DNA of 64,000 bases from Clostridia bacterium (lineage in GTDB: Bacteria; Bacillota; Clostridia; Oscillospirales; CAG-272), in contig JAGBCA010000014.1 of assembly GCA_017938205.1 (NCBI GenBank), positions 25,231 to 89,230 of the forward strand, in the 5' to 3' direction. This document shows, one piece after another, positions 48,047 through 58,764 of the stretch. Under the pieces are notes generated by a model that saw nothing but the letters and a program-made list of their open reading frames with translations, made no database searches and was not told the origin of the DNA. The position numbers and the translations under genes were made by a program. How positions within the stretch are numbered: position 1 is the first letter of the stretch; every line of letters starts with the position of its first letter.

Positions 48047-48877
48047 ATGAAGGCTATCAACGAATCCGTTAATAAGGCTGATTACAGTTATCCTTATATC
48101 GGGATCGGAACCGATTTTGAAAACAATCCTTTGCATTTTCATAAAGAACTTGAAATTTTATACGTTTTAAGCGGCGCGATCGATGCCACGGTGGATGGTG
48201 AGCACCGCGAATTAAAATCGGGAGATATCTGTGTGGTTTTGCCGGGACAGGTGCATGCCCTCTTACAAATAGGACAAATTCAGCTCTTGGTATTAAAGCT
48301 TTTGCCCGCAACTCCGATCCACGGCGTGCATCTTGATTCTTTTGTTTATTCCGAGGATTCGCCCCATTACGGCGCGCTTTTCGCACCGCTTGAGACAATA
48401 CGCCGCGAGGATGCGGAGCGGACACTTGGCTACGCTTTAGCCGTGCAGAACGCTTGCGGCGAATTAACGCTTTACATTCTTCGCACGCTTGCTTCGCAGA
48501 CAGCCGCCTCGAAAAATCAGATGCGTTCCTTTGATCTTTATTTTTTCAAAAAAGCCTGCGCTTTTATCGAAGAAAACTATGAAAACGATATTTCCCTTGA
48601 TCGCGTTTCTTCCTATTTCGGCTATTCGCGCGCGTACTTTTCCCGTCTTTTCAAGGCGGTTTGCGGCATGAATTTCTTTGATTATCTTGCGCTATTCCGC
48701 CTCAAGAAAAGCATCGTGCTATTGAGAGAAGCCGATCGCTCCATCGAGAGCATTGCCTTTTGCTGCGGATACAACTGTCTGCGCTCCTATAACCGCGCGT
48801 TTCTCCGCCATTTCGGGCAGAGCCCTGGGAGCTACCGCCGCCGTTTTTTACAAATCACACAGAATACAAGCATATAA
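48047..48877 (+). CDS. AraC family transcriptional regulator
   Basis: LHFHKELEI cupin; YFSRLFK...CGYNCLRSYNRAF...SPGSYR. Confidence 0.92.
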   Translation: MKAINESVNKADYSYPYIGIGTDFENNPLHFHKELEILYVLSGAIDATVDGEHRELKSGDICVVLPGQVHALLQIGQIQLLVLKLLPATPIHGVHLDSFVYSEDSPHYGALFAPLETIRREDAERTLGYALAVQNACGELTLYILRTLASQTAASKNQMRSFDLYFFKKACAFIEENYENDISLDRVSSYFGYSRAYFSRLFKAVCGMNFFDYLALFRLKKSIVLLREADRSIESIAFCCGYNCLRSYNRAFLRHFGQSPGSYRRRFLQITQNTSI

Positions 48878-48913
48878 ATACTACAAATATTGAAGCAGAA
48901 AGAGAGATAAAAA

Positions 48914-50833
48914 ATGGAGCTTATCACACTGCAGCTGGATCTGGCACGCCAGAAGGAAACGACTGAATACGTAAAATCCTATATCGATTTTGCAAAGGCA
49001 AGCGGCTACAATTCCATTCTCTTTTATTTGGAGAATGCCGTGCGCACAGTTGACACGGCGTTTCTTGACGAAAGCACGACCTATTCTCTTTCAGAGATGG
49101 CCGAGCTCGTTCGCTACACGGAGGCGCAGGGACTGATCGCTATTCCCGGCTTTGAAAACGTTGGGCATATGGATAAATTCCTTGCACACCCCTCGCTTTC
49201 ACATCTTTCGGAATGCCTTGCAAGTGACGATAACCGTTATTATACGCAAGGCCCCGGCACCTGCGGCTGCACCTCGCATGAGGACTTTTATCCCTTTATC
49301 GACAAATACGTGGAGGACGTGCTTTCGATCTTCCCGGGAAAATACGTGCACATGGGGATGGATGAGATCATCGATTTTGCCATCTGCAAGCGCTGCGCGG
49401 CGCGTATGAAGAGAGAAAACAAAACAAAGGCGGATCTTTTCTGCGAGCACGTGATCCACACGTACAATCACATCACCTCTCTCGGAAAAACGATGATGAT
49501 GTGGGACGATATTTTTGAGCAGATGGACGTGGCGCACCGCCTGCCCCGCGATATTATATTCACCAACTGGAACTACCATTTCGTTCCCGAGGAGCCCAAG
49601 GGACACTGGCTGGGACGTGCCAAGCGCGATTGGTTTTCCTACTACGATGCGCTCGGCTTCCGCTATATGTTCTGCACGATGGCACATCCCGCCTCCTCCC
49701 CCTTCAACTCCGACAGCTTTACCGATTATGCCATGAAATATCATCCGATGGGCGCGATGATGACCTCCTGGTGCCATGCAGACGATTTCTATCTTGCAAC
49801 CTATCCCCACGTTGTGCTTGCAGGCGCACAGTGGAACGGACGCATTCAAAACGAGGCCGATCGCGTGCGCGCTTACGCGAGTCAGGTTGGAAGCGAGGAA
49901 TGCGCAAAGCTTCTGCTTTCCTTGCAGCTGCCGCTCTTCTTCGGCGGTGAATGGAGATGCGACGTGGCAAGCAGATGCGAGGAGGACGGCTTTGCCGCCA
50001 ATATTCTGCGCTCACAGCTTGCTTACGCAATGGAAAAGCTGGAGGGATTTTACGCTGAGGCAGAGGGGCTTTCGAAGGATATTCTTGCCGATATTTATGC
50101 CTACGTGTTCCGTTGCTATTGCTCGCTGAAGCTCTGCGAGATCGGAACGGCGATCTTCCGTGGGTATTTCACGGAAGATCGGGATTTTTCGCGCCCCTTC
50201 GCCGCGCTGGATGCGCTTCTTGAAAAGCAAGATTGGCTCAAGGCGGAGCTGGATCAGGTTTGGCAAAGGTACCGTCCCGGCATTCTCAGCCGCGACAATG
50301 CCTTTGAGAACAGATATGCACTTCTCCCACGCCTCGTTTCGCAGATCAAGGAAAGCGCTTTGAAAAATGCGGGCGGCGGCGTTCTCACGGCAGATATTTT
50401 ACTGCACGACGGCTTTGGCGGGCCTCGCTGCGAGGTTGCCGTGAAATACGAGGGCGAGGACGAGCCGATCGTTCTGTATAACGGCGTATTGAAGCACGGA
50501 ATGCACACCATTGACGTTGCCGCCTGCTTCACCCTGCATTACGCAATTCAAAGCAAGCCCGTGGAATATATGCTCTTCTCCGTTTTCGGTGAGGGCGCTC
50601 TCTATCCGATGCACTTCCGCCTGATGCAAAACGGCAAAAGGCTGATGGCGGCTACGGTGGAGACGGTTTGCGGCTCCGTTCGCAATCCCGAGCATATTCT
50701 GATCGACGACACGCGCTTTGCGGCCATGGGCATCGAGGACGGCGTTGCACACTACAACGATCTCTCCCTTTCTCGCAAGCGTCACACCGTGAAGGTGACC
50801 TTTATGCCCGAAACGGAATATCGCATTCGGTAA
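48914..50833 (+). CDS. GH20-like glycoside hydrolase
   Basis: QLDLAR, IP..ENVGH, VHMGMDE (catalytic DE pair), MMWDD, WNY. Confidence 0.7.
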   Translation: MELITLQLDLARQKETTEYVKSYIDFAKASGYNSILFYLENAVRTVDTAFLDESTTYSLSEMAELVRYTEAQGLIAIPGFENVGHMDKFLAHPSLSHLSECLASDDNRYYTQGPGTCGCTSHEDFYPFIDKYVEDVLSIFPGKYVHMGMDEIIDFAICKRCAARMKRENKTKADLFCEHVIHTYNHITSLGKTMMMWDDIFEQMDVAHRLPRDIIFTNWNYHFVPEEPKGHWLGRAKRDWFSYYDALGFRYMFCTMAHPASSPFNSDSFTDYAMKYHPMGAMMTSWCHADDFYLATYPHVVLAGAQWNGRIQNEADRVRAYASQVGSEECAKLLLSLQLPLFFGGEWRCDVASRCEEDGFAANILRSQLAYAMEKLEGFYAEAEGLSKDILADIYAYVFRCYCSLKLCEIGTAIFRGYFTEDRDFSRPFAALDALLEKQDWLKAELDQVWQRYRPGILSRDNAFENRYALLPRLVSQIKESALKNAGGGVLTADILLHDGFGGPRCEVAVKYEGEDEPIVLYNGVLKHGMHTIDVAACFTLHYAIQSKPVEYMLFSVFGEGALYPMHFRLMQNGKRLMAATVETVCGSVRNPEHILIDDTRFAAMGIEDGVAHYNDLSLSRKRHTVKVTFMPETEYRIR

Positions 50834-50896
50834 TACATTGGATAAATACAGAGCGAAGCGGCCTGAAACGACCACTTCGCTCTTTTCGTTGTATCT

Positions 50897-52273
50897 TTAA
50901 TTTTTAATAAGCAGAACCGTGCCCGCTTTGAGAGTGAATTTCTTGGGATTCACAAGCGCGAGCTCGAGATTTTTCTCCGCATCAATGGCAAAGGCGCTCA
51001 TCGAGGGCGCGAGATCGGTTTCGACGGTGATATCCGCATCACCCTCGTTTGCGAAAAGAACGGCACGCTTTTTACCGTCCGTTGCCGCGAGGGCGTATAC
51101 GCCGCGCGTGCGCTCGTATACGGCCTCAACCTGACTGCCGAGGCGGTACAGCTCGCCAAAGGCGGCGAAGGAATAATAGAGCGGCGTAGGTTCAAGGGTG
51201 ATCGGATGGAACATTCCGCCGTAAACGGATGCGCCGACACGGGCATCATAATAACAAAGGATATTGGTTTTGGAATCACACTGCATTGCGCACATCATGG
51301 CGGCGGCGCGGGCGGCCGCTTCAGGCGTACCGAAGAGGCGGCGTCCCTCATCTATAGCGGCAGAATAGGGCTCGCGATCGATCACGCAGTTATTCCACTC
51401 GTTCATCTGGGTTTCGAGATGAGCGTAGCCGTGCTTTTCAAGCACCTTTTCGCAATACTGCGCGGCAACCACGGTATCCTCCGTGCCGAGGTAGGAATGC
51501 CAGGAGAAGAAGTCGATCGGAGCGTTCGTTTTCTTGATATGCGCAAAGAAGCCGTCGATCCATACGAGGAAGTTGGCACTTCTGCCGCTGCTAAAGCACG
51601 CATCATTATTTTTCGGATGATCAATACCGAATTTTTCGGGATCGGAAAGAATATGTCTGAAGCCGCAGGTGGCAAAGCCGCCGACCTTAATGCTATCGCC
51701 AAAGCACTTTTTCAGATGCTTTGCGGTGACCTCGTACATTGCATAAAACTCTTCCCTCGTGCCGTGCCACATCTGATTTTCGGTATCATCGCGGCCGTTG
51801 TCGGGCTCGTTCCAGATCTCCCAATAGGTGATGCCGTAGGTAAAGCCGTTTGCCCACCCCTCGTTATAATGGCGGATGATGTGCTCGCAGATACGCGCCC
51901 ATTTCGCATTGTCCTTCGGCGGGAAGATGCGATAGGCCTTAATGTCGTGATTATTCTCGATCGTTTCACCGAGGCGGAAGATGGGCGGGCAGTTTGCCTT
52001 CATAAGGCAGGTGATCAGAATATCCGTGAAGGTGAAGTCATAGGACTCCTCCTTCGTTTCATCCGCCGAGAAATCGCGGAAAATGTTATGAATATCCACG
52101 AAGCGATTCCCACCGTAGACACCGCCAACGTCGTGAAGTCTGGAATACGGAATGGAGGCATCCGTCAGATAATGGAACAAGGAATCGCTCACGCCGAGCA
52201 TCGGAGGCTGACCGACGGCATGCATCTCGCGGATCCTGCCGACGGTTTTATCAAAATCGAAATTAAACTGCAT
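50897..52273 (-). CDS. GH39-like glycoside hydrolase
   Basis: RLHD, YWEIWNEPD (acid/base), DFFSWHSY, MNEWN (nucleophile). Confidence 0.8.
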   Translation of the reverse strand: MQFNFDFDKTVGRIREMHAVGQPPMLGVSDSLFHYLTDASIPYSRLHDVGGVYGGNRFVDIHNIFRDFSADETKEESYDFTFTDILITCLMKANCPPIFRLGETIENNHDIKAYRIFPPKDNAKWARICEHIIRHYNEGWANGFTYGITYWEIWNEPDNGRDDTENQMWHGTREEFYAMYEVTAKHLKKCFGDSIKVGGFATCGFRHILSDPEKFGIDHPKNNDACFSSGRSANFLVWIDGFFAHIKKTNAPIDFFSWHSYLGTEDTVVAAQYCEKVLEKHGYAHLETQMNEWNNCVIDREPYSAAIDEGRRLFGTPEAAARAAAMMCAMQCDSKTNILCYYDARVGASVYGGMFHPITLEPTPLYYSFAAFGELYRLGSQVEAVYERTRGVYALAATDGKKRAVLFANEGDADITVETDLAPSMSAFAIDAEKNLELALVNPKKFTLKAGTVLLIKN

Positions 52274-52282
52274 AATTCTCTC

Positions 52283-53650
52283 CTATGATTTTACGGGATA
52301 ATTATAAAAACAAAGCATCGGAATGCCCGAAAGGTAATCGGCTATAATATAGCGCGGATCGGTGCCGCTCTGAGCGCTGACACAGACCTCTCCGACGGCA
52401 TCGCGGGCGAGCGAAAGGATGATCTTATCCGCATCGATGCGGTACGCGGCAAGCGGAACCTCTCCCTCTTTGTCCGAAACGGAGATCGGCAGATTTCTAA
52501 GGCCGCAATGATAATCGTTCAGATACGAAGAAACGCCCTTAAAGCATAGCGTCAGCTTTCTTTGCGAAAGCGTGGCGGAGGAAATGCTCGGCACCGAAGT
52601 TCCCTCTCCGATGCCATATTCCTTATGAAGCACCGTACGCGCAAGGCGCTCACCGAAGGCGAGATTGGATGTTTTGCTTCCGTGGATAAAGTCCGACATG
52701 GCAAAGCCGTCGATCGCGGGAAGAACGCATACGCCGGGAATCTGTTCTGCCGCGCGTCTTTGCGCCTCGCGGATCCGATCGTAGCTTTGATCAAGCCCCT
52801 CGTTTTCTCTTGAAATGATCTGGCGGTTCAGCTGGAAGGTATAGATCGGAAGATCGGGATCGCAGAGATCCTTCCTTATGTTTTTTACAAACGCAGAAAA
52901 TCTTTCTATATACGCGTCTATTCCGCATCCCTCGCCCGCATCGCTGCAGCCCTGATACCAAAGCACCGCCTTGGGGGTGATGGAATGCGCGGAAAGTGCT
53001 GACATCATTTTATGATACAGATCTCCGTTTTCCTCCGTGAGAAAGCGCGAGAGCGGCGCACCGCCCATCGCGGCGGGAACGAGGCCGATCGGGCGGCCGG
53101 TTTCGCTTTTGAGGATCTTTGCAAAATGCAAAAACATGCTCTGCTTGGAATAATCAAAATCCGAATAGGGCGCGGAAGCAATGTCCCAACAAGAAAGATC
53201 GCGCAGCAGCTGAATGCCAAGCTCCATCGGCTCAAAAAGTGCCCCCTGCCCCATGCCTGCGGCATTGGACTGTCCGGCGATCAGATACACATCCCCCACA
53301 AAGAAGTGGCGGCGGCGTTCACCGCGCAGGGGATAGAAGAGAGCGCGCGACGGATTGAAATAATAAAGATCCAGCATATACGGACCGCCAACGGGAACAA
53401 AGAGCTTTGCCTCAAAGGCATCCCCCGAAAACGAGAGTCTTACAGGCGGAGCGGCAAGCGCGCCGCTCTGCTCGCAAAGAACACGCAGATAAAGGCAGTC
53501 ATACGAAAAATCATAGACGATCTCGGTATCATCCGTGGTATCCTCCTTAAAGATACCGCGCACGCAAATCGCAGCACGGTCATCGATTGCCGAAAGCACC
53601 GAATAATTTTCCGGGGCTTCGATCAGTTCAAAAAAACGCTTATCGCTCAT
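52283..53650 (-). CDS. Sialate O-acetylesterase (SASA/SGNH) family protein
   Basis: VGDVYLIAGQSNA, LWYQGCSD, IREAQ, DFIH. Confidence 0.85.
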   Translation of the reverse strand: MSDKRFFELIEAPENYSVLSAIDDRAAICVRGIFKEDTTDDTEIVYDFSYDCLYLRVLCEQSGALAAPPVRLSFSGDAFEAKLFVPVGGPYMLDLYYFNPSRALFYPLRGERRRHFFVGDVYLIAGQSNAAGMGQGALFEPMELGIQLLRDLSCWDIASAPYSDFDYSKQSMFLHFAKILKSETGRPIGLVPAAMGGAPLSRFLTEENGDLYHKMMSALSAHSITPKAVLWYQGCSDAGEGCGIDAYIERFSAFVKNIRKDLCDPDLPIYTFQLNRQIISRENEGLDQSYDRIREAQRRAAEQIPGVCVLPAIDGFAMSDFIHGSKTSNLAFGERLARTVLHKEYGIGEGTSVPSISSATLSQRKLTLCFKGVSSYLNDYHCGLRNLPISVSDKEGEVPLAAYRIDADKIILSLARDAVGEVCVSAQSGTDPRYIIADYLSGIPMLCFYNYPVKS

Positions 53651-53778
53651 TTGGGCTCCTAACGGCGCGCGCTATGCGCTCACGCCTTTTTCGATTTTTA
53701 TATACTGTTATTACGATACCACACGAAAAAGAGAAAGTCAAGATACTTTCCTTCGTTTTGGATGATAAAGCGAGTTTT

Positions 53779-55560
53779 TTATTCTTTAGAGGCAAGAAGG
53801 GTAACGAGATCGGCACGTCGGCCGCGAAGCTGGGAGAGAAACTCCATTTTTCCCTCCGCGTAATTTTCAGCATCCCAAAGGCGAATGAAAGCCGCATCGA
53901 TGGCATCGGCCTCATCGATCAGGGCTTGAATGCCGCTTGCATCGGGGATCTCGCCGAGGCGGATCTTGTTGAAGGATGCGGCAAAGACGACCATACGCGC
54001 GTTGAGAATGATCTGCTCCTTATAGAAGGGATCAATCTGAACCTTTTCGATCTCGGAAACGAGCCCCTTGACGTAGTTTATAACATTTTCAAAATAATGG
54101 GTATGCGGACGGGTTCTGAAATCGAAAATGCCACGGAAATTCATTTCACCGAGGGGCATCTGCAGGCTCTGGCCACACATCGTTCCGCAATGCACGCGAT
54201 CCGGCTCAAGTAGATAATAGTTGGCAATGCGGCGAAGGATCTCGCTGACGCCCTCGGTTTTAAATACGACCTCGTCCACGTACTGCTCGGCGGCTACGTT
54301 GTAATCCGGCTTGAAGTCCTCAGGATTGAATGTTCCGGGATTCCAAGCATACTGTCCTGCAAGCGCCACGGGGAATGCGCTCCAAAGAAGGAAGGTGGGC
54401 TGACCGCAGTCACAGCCCCAGTCGGTCAAAAGAAGGCCCTTCGCGCCGTACTTCTCGGCAATCGTTGCCGATGTTCGGATATTAAAGACGGTCACCTCGT
54501 TTCTTCCCGTGAAGGCAAGGTGGGTGTTCGTTGAGGGGCAAAGATAAAAATCAATGCCTGCACGCTTATAATCCACGCAATTTTCAGCCATTCTCTGTGC
54601 CGCGCCAAGCTCATATCCCCATTCAAGTGCGATCGCGCCCTTGGGGATTCTATCATAGGTTTCGGGGTAGGCATGGATCATATCCGACCAGAATTGCACC
54701 TTTTTTCCATACTTATCTTTACAAAGATCGGCAACCTTGTTCAGCCAATCCATGAAAACCGTGGCTCTTCCATACTTTTTACAGGGCTCTTCCAGCTGAT
54801 ACCTTCCAAGACCGTATGCTTCGTCAAAACCAACATTTACGTACTCGCTCTCGTGATACGGAAGAAGATCGGAATAAAGCTTATCGATGAATGCAAGGCT
54901 CTCGGGAAGGAGAGGATTGATCGTTCCGCCCTTGCCTCCCTCGGGTGCAACAGCAAGATGCGAAAGCTCGGGATTCTTGAGCCACTGATACATATGGCCG
55001 AAGGAGTTCTGGTTGGGCACGAGGTCGATAAAGCGCGCGTGGCAATAGGCCTGTAGCTCCTTGATATCCTTTGCATTCAGGCAGTCGAAATCAGCGGTGT
55101 ACTGCGGGAAGGAAGCAAACTTGAATACGTGGCCCTCCATATAGATTTGCAGCTCGTTATACTTCACGGATGCGAGAAAATCGATGATCTTTTTGAAGGT
55201 TTCCACCTTGGGCATACGGCCGCGGCTGATGTCCAGCATATATCCGCGACGCGCAAGCGTGGGCGCATCCTCGATCTCGGCATACGGCAGATCGGCGCCG
55301 TTTTTGCGCAGCAGCTGCCAAAGTGAGGTCACGGCACGGAAAAGGCCCTCCTCGGTCGCGTATGCGATCTTCACACCGTTTTCATCGATCGAAATCTTGT
55401 GTGCTTCCCCGGAAAGCGCGGTATCGGTGCAAACGGCAACCTCCGTTTTTCCTTCCTTCACAGCGGCAAAGATATCAACAAGAGAGAGATCTGCAAGCGC
55501 GGCAGATACGGCATAGCGCCCATCGGAATAGGTTTCTTTTTTTGGAATCGGAAAGATCAT
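53779..55560 (-). CDS. GH20 family hexosaminidase-like protein
   Basis: MIFPIPK, IEDAP...RGYMLDISR, PNQNSFGH, NVGFDE, WGY, LTDWG. Confidence 0.85.
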   Translation of the reverse strand: MIFPIPKKETYSDGRYAVSAALADLSLVDIFAAVKEGKTEVAVCTDTALSGEAHKISIDENGVKIAYATEEGLFRAVTSLWQLLRKNGADLPYAEIEDAPTLARRGYMLDISRGRMPKVETFKKIIDFLASVKYNELQIYMEGHVFKFASFPQYTADFDCLNAKDIKELQAYCHARFIDLVPNQNSFGHMYQWLKNPELSHLAVAPEGGKGGTINPLLPESLAFIDKLYSDLLPYHESEYVNVGFDEAYGLGRYQLEEPCKKYGRATVFMDWLNKVADLCKDKYGKKVQFWSDMIHAYPETYDRIPKGAIALEWGYELGAAQRMAENCVDYKRAGIDFYLCPSTNTHLAFTGRNEVTVFNIRTSATIAEKYGAKGLLLTDWGCDCGQPTFLLWSAFPVALAGQYAWNPGTFNPEDFKPDYNVAAEQYVDEVVFKTEGVSEILRRIANYYLLEPDRVHCGTMCGQSLQMPLGEMNFRGIFDFRTRPHTHYFENVINYVKGLVSEIEKVQIDPFYKEQIILNARMVVFAASFNKIRLGEIPDASGIQALIDEADAIDAAFIRLWDAENYAEGKMEFLSQLRGRRADLVTLLASKE

Positions 55561-55667
55561 TGCTTTTTCTCCTTTTTGTTTTTTCTTTATTGTATCATTT
55601 TTCCGCTTCTCCTTGCTACCTCTCCATCAAACAAAAGCTTCGTTTTTTCAAACAGTTTTATTGCATA

Positions 55668-55696
55668 TTGACTTTTTTCTTCGTTTGTAATATAAT
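55668..55696 (+). promoter_or_regulatory. sigma-A promoter for the AraC gene
   Basis: TTGACT-17 bp-TATAAT. Confidence 0.7.
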
Positions 55697-55731
55697 TATA
55701 TCAAACAAACGAACGAAAGGAACGAGAGGTT

Positions 55732-56622
55732 ATGATGGATGCCGCGAGCGCGGAGCGCTTTTATACGGTCGATACAAAAATTTCCTCCTGCACGCGTTTT
55801 TGCTATTCCTACGACAAGGATGCGGCGTTACCGATCGCCTTCGCGCATTACGCGCATAAGAGATCCTCCATGGGGCTTCGGCGCTTTCATAGAAAAAATT
55901 CTTTCACTACGCTTTTTATTTTTCTGCGCGAGGGGTTTGGCTTTATTTTCGGGGATACGCTTTACACTCCCAAAAGAGGCGAGATGATCCTTGCAGGCGA
56001 AAACATCCCCTTTACCGTTACCTTTGACGAGAAAAAGCCGCTCGGCTATTACGAGATCGATTATTTTGAGATCAATTTGCCGAGCGGCCTTGAGGGGCTT
56101 TTGCATCCCGAAAATCCGTTTTGTTCTCTATTAAAAAACGAGCGTTCCCCCTTGATCTCGCTCCCTACCGAGCAAAAAAGAACGCTCATTTCACTTTTAT
56201 ATGAGATGGAAAAAACGGAATGCGATCCCGTTTTTTATGCGAGGCTCGTCCTGCTTGCGGATCTTTTGGGAAAAGAAAGCTCCACCGAAAGCGGCACGAA
56301 AAAGATCCCGCAGGTTCTGGCGCGCGCGATGCAATATATCAGCGAGCATTATACCGAGATCGGCGGTGCCGAGGAGGTTGCTTCGTATCTTTGTGTCAGC
56401 ACCACGTATCTTGCAAGGCTTTTTGGACGCGTGCTCGGATGCACGACGACAGAATACATTTGCCGCCTGCGTATCTCACACGCCAAGGAGCTTTTGCTTT
56501 CGGGAAAAAGCGTGATCGAGACCTGCTACGCCTGCGGCTTTAACAGTTATACCTACTTTATTGCAAAGTTCAAAAAGGAGATCGGGTGCTCACCTGCAAA
56601 ATTCCGTGCGAACGCAGTTTGA
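55732..56622 (+). CDS. AraC family transcriptional regulator
   Basis: C-terminal HTH: YLARLF...RISHAKELL...CGFNSYTYFIAKFKKEIGCSP. Confidence 0.9.
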   Translation: MMDAASAERFYTVDTKISSCTRFCYSYDKDAALPIAFAHYAHKRSSMGLRRFHRKNSFTTLFIFLREGFGFIFGDTLYTPKRGEMILAGENIPFTVTFDEKKPLGYYEIDYFEINLPSGLEGLLHPENPFCSLLKNERSPLISLPTEQKRTLISLLYEMEKTECDPVFYARLVLLADLLGKESSTESGTKKIPQVLARAMQYISEHYTEIGGAEEVASYLCVSTTYLARLFGRVLGCTTTEYICRLRISHAKELLLSGKSVIETCYACGFNSYTYFIAKFKKEIGCSPAKFRANAV

Positions 56623-56630
56623 CCTTTTGA

Positions 56631-56671
56631 CATAAAAAATTCCTCGGAAAATTTCCGAGGAATTTTTTATG
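56631..56671. terminator. Bidirectional intrinsic terminator
   Basis: CATAAAAAATTCCTCGGAAA-a-TTTCCGAGGAATTTTTTATG. Confidence 0.88.
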
Positions 56672-56673
56672 CT

Positions 56674-58308
56674 TTATGCTTTCTTTCTGTTTACGAACCA
56701 ACGAATGCCAAGCACCGTGCCGATCGTGAGAAGGATCGCAACGGGGAGAGCGATCCAGGCGTTCGGAACGAAGCCTGCAAACAAGAAGGATACGAAGGAA
56801 ACGAGCGCCACGGTGATCGCGTAGGGCAGCTGCGTGGAAACGTGCTCCACGTGGTTGCAGCGAGCGCCTGCGGATGCCATGATCGTGGTATCCGAGATGG
56901 GCGAGCAATGGTCACCGCAAACGGCACCTGCAAGGCAGGCGGAGATACCTACGTAGAAGAGAGGATCGCCAACGCCGAAGATCGTTACAACGATCGGGAT
57001 CAGGATACCGAAGGTACCCCACGATGTACCGGTTGCGAATGCAAGAACGCAAGCAATAATAAAGATCATCGCCGGGAAGATACCGTACAGAGCCGCGGGA
57101 ACGTTTGCCATAACCGCATCGATGAAGGCATCCGAGCCAAGAAGGCCGGTCGTGTTCTTCAGAGCCGTTGCAAGCGTAAGGATCGTAATGGCAGGAACCA
57201 TAGCGATGAAGCCCTGGGGAATGCACTCGGTTGCAACCTTGAAGGAGAAGCACTTGCGGCACAGATAGTAAACAAACGCGAATACAAGCGCGATCAGGCC
57301 GCCCCAAGGAAGAGCCGCATAGGCATCGGTATTACCGAACGCACCGATGAAATCCCACTGATATTCACCGGCGGTGAAGAAGCCACCAACGTACATCAGC
57401 GCTGCGATGCAAGCTACAATCAGAACCACGATAGGAAGCACGAGGTCAAGCACGATACCATGAGAATCCTCGGAAACCTCTTCGTCCTTACCGATCGCAC
57501 TGAGGTCACCCTCCTGTGCCTTGATCTCAAAGCCGGACATCTTACCGTAATCAAAGCCGAGAACGGCGAGCGTGATCACGAAAACGATGGTGAGAAGCGA
57601 ATAGAAGTTAAAGGGGATGGCGTTAACAAACAGCTGGAACGAGGAAAGACCGGTCTCCACACCGCAATCATTCAGCGTGCCCGATACGGCAGCCGCCCAA
57701 GAGGAGACCGGAGCGATCATACAGATAGGTGCTGCGGTGGCATCGATGATGTACGCAAGCTTTACACGGGAGATCTTATGCGAATCGGTTACGGGCGTCA
57801 TAACCGCACCGACCGTGAGACAGTTGAAATAGTCGTCAACGAAGATTAGAACGCCGAGCGCGAAGGTGGCAAGCATAGCGCCGACCTTGGTTTTTACGTG
57901 CGTTTTTGCCCAGCGGCCGAACGCAGCCGTTCCGCCCGACTTATTGATCATCGAAACGAGGATGCCGAGGATCACGAGGAATACAAAGATACCTGCGCTA
58001 TCCGCAACGGCGGCAGAAAGACCGTCCACCACGATGATGTCCAGCGTGCCCGCAAAGGAATAGTTGGATGCAAAGAGCGCACCAACGAGAACGCCGGCAA
58101 ACAGCGAGGAGAATACCTCCTTGGTGATCAGTGCAAGGCCGATGGCAATGATGGGGGGAACGAGCGACATAAACGTGCCGTAGTACATACTTCCCTCTGC
58201 AACGTCCTTCGGAAGGACAATCGCCAGAACAATAACGGCAATCACAGCAATGGCTGCGATAATCGCGGTTATCATGCTCTTTTTCGTCTTAAAAAGACCG
58301 AGATTCAT
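56674..58308 (-). CDS. lysW: NhaC-family transporter, probable lysine transporter (LysW-type)
   Basis: FVDDYFNCL, IDATAAP, ATGTSWGTFGIL, GDHCSPISDTT, HVSTQLPYA; lysine riboswitch upstream. Confidence 0.85.
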   Translation of the reverse strand: MNLGLFKTKKSMITAIIAAIAVIAVIVLAIVLPKDVAEGSMYYGTFMSLVPPIIAIGLALITKEVFSSLFAGVLVGALFASNYSFAGTLDIIVVDGLSAAVADSAGIFVFLVILGILVSMINKSGGTAAFGRWAKTHVKTKVGAMLATFALGVLIFVDDYFNCLTVGAVMTPVTDSHKISRVKLAYIIDATAAPICMIAPVSSWAAAVSGTLNDCGVETGLSSFQLFVNAIPFNFYSLLTIVFVITLAVLGFDYGKMSGFEIKAQEGDLSAIGKDEEVSEDSHGIVLDLVLPIVVLIVACIAALMYVGGFFTAGEYQWDFIGAFGNTDAYAALPWGGLIALVFAFVYYLCRKCFSFKVATECIPQGFIAMVPAITILTLATALKNTTGLLGSDAFIDAVMANVPAALYGIFPAMIFIIACVLAFATGTSWGTFGILIPIVVTIFGVGDPLFYVGISACLAGAVCGDHCSPISDTTIMASAGARCNHVEHVSTQLPYAITVALVSFVSFLFAGFVPNAWIALPVAILLTIGTVLGIRWFVNRKKA

Positions 58309-58340
58309 TTTTCTGAATCCTCCTTATGTATTTTTGCAAT

Positions 58341-58365
58341 AAAAAAACCACGGTATCCACCGTGG
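58341..58365 (-). terminator. Riboswitch expression-platform terminator
   Basis: Minus strand CCACGGT-ggat-ACCGTGG-TTTTTTT between the aptamer and the CDS. Confidence 0.75.
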
Positions 58366-58401
58366 CAAAAGCGCACCTAACGCATAGGCGCATTCAAGAC
58401 A

Positions 58402-58560
58402 CGATAGCTCTCCACTTGCGTGACAGTGCGCAGCATATTTTGCTGCACCCCAGCAAGACTGCCGCGGAAACGGCCGCCTCACTTCGGCAATGCTCCCTTT
58501 CCTCCCCGACTCTTTTCCGCGACTCCGGAGACTACTGATGAGCAATGCGCCTCTACCTGA
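58402..58560 (-). ncRNA. Lysine riboswitch (L-box)
   Basis: Minus strand GGTAGAGGCGC...AGTA...GAAAGG...GCCGAA...CTGGG...AATA...ACTGTC...GGAGAGCTATC, with kissing-loop complement CGCGGAAA/TTTCCGCG. Confidence 0.93.
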
Positions 58561-58576
58561 TTTCTTTATTACACCC

Positions 58577-58605
58577 ATTATACTATATTATTTTGAAATT
58601 GTCAA
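58577..58605 (-). promoter_or_regulatory. Perfect sigma-A promoter for the riboswitch leader
   Basis: Minus strand TTGACA-17 bp-TATAAT. Confidence 0.8.
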
Positions 58606-58764
58606 CAATTTCTTTGTATTTTGTTTGATTTCTCTTTATTTCTTTCTATTTTTCCTTAGGTGTTGATTTTTTCGCCCATTTGCACTATAATAATCTTATA
58701 AAACCATGAAGGCACGGTTTCTTTCAAAGACATCTTGCCTTTTATTCACGAAAGGGATCAACCG

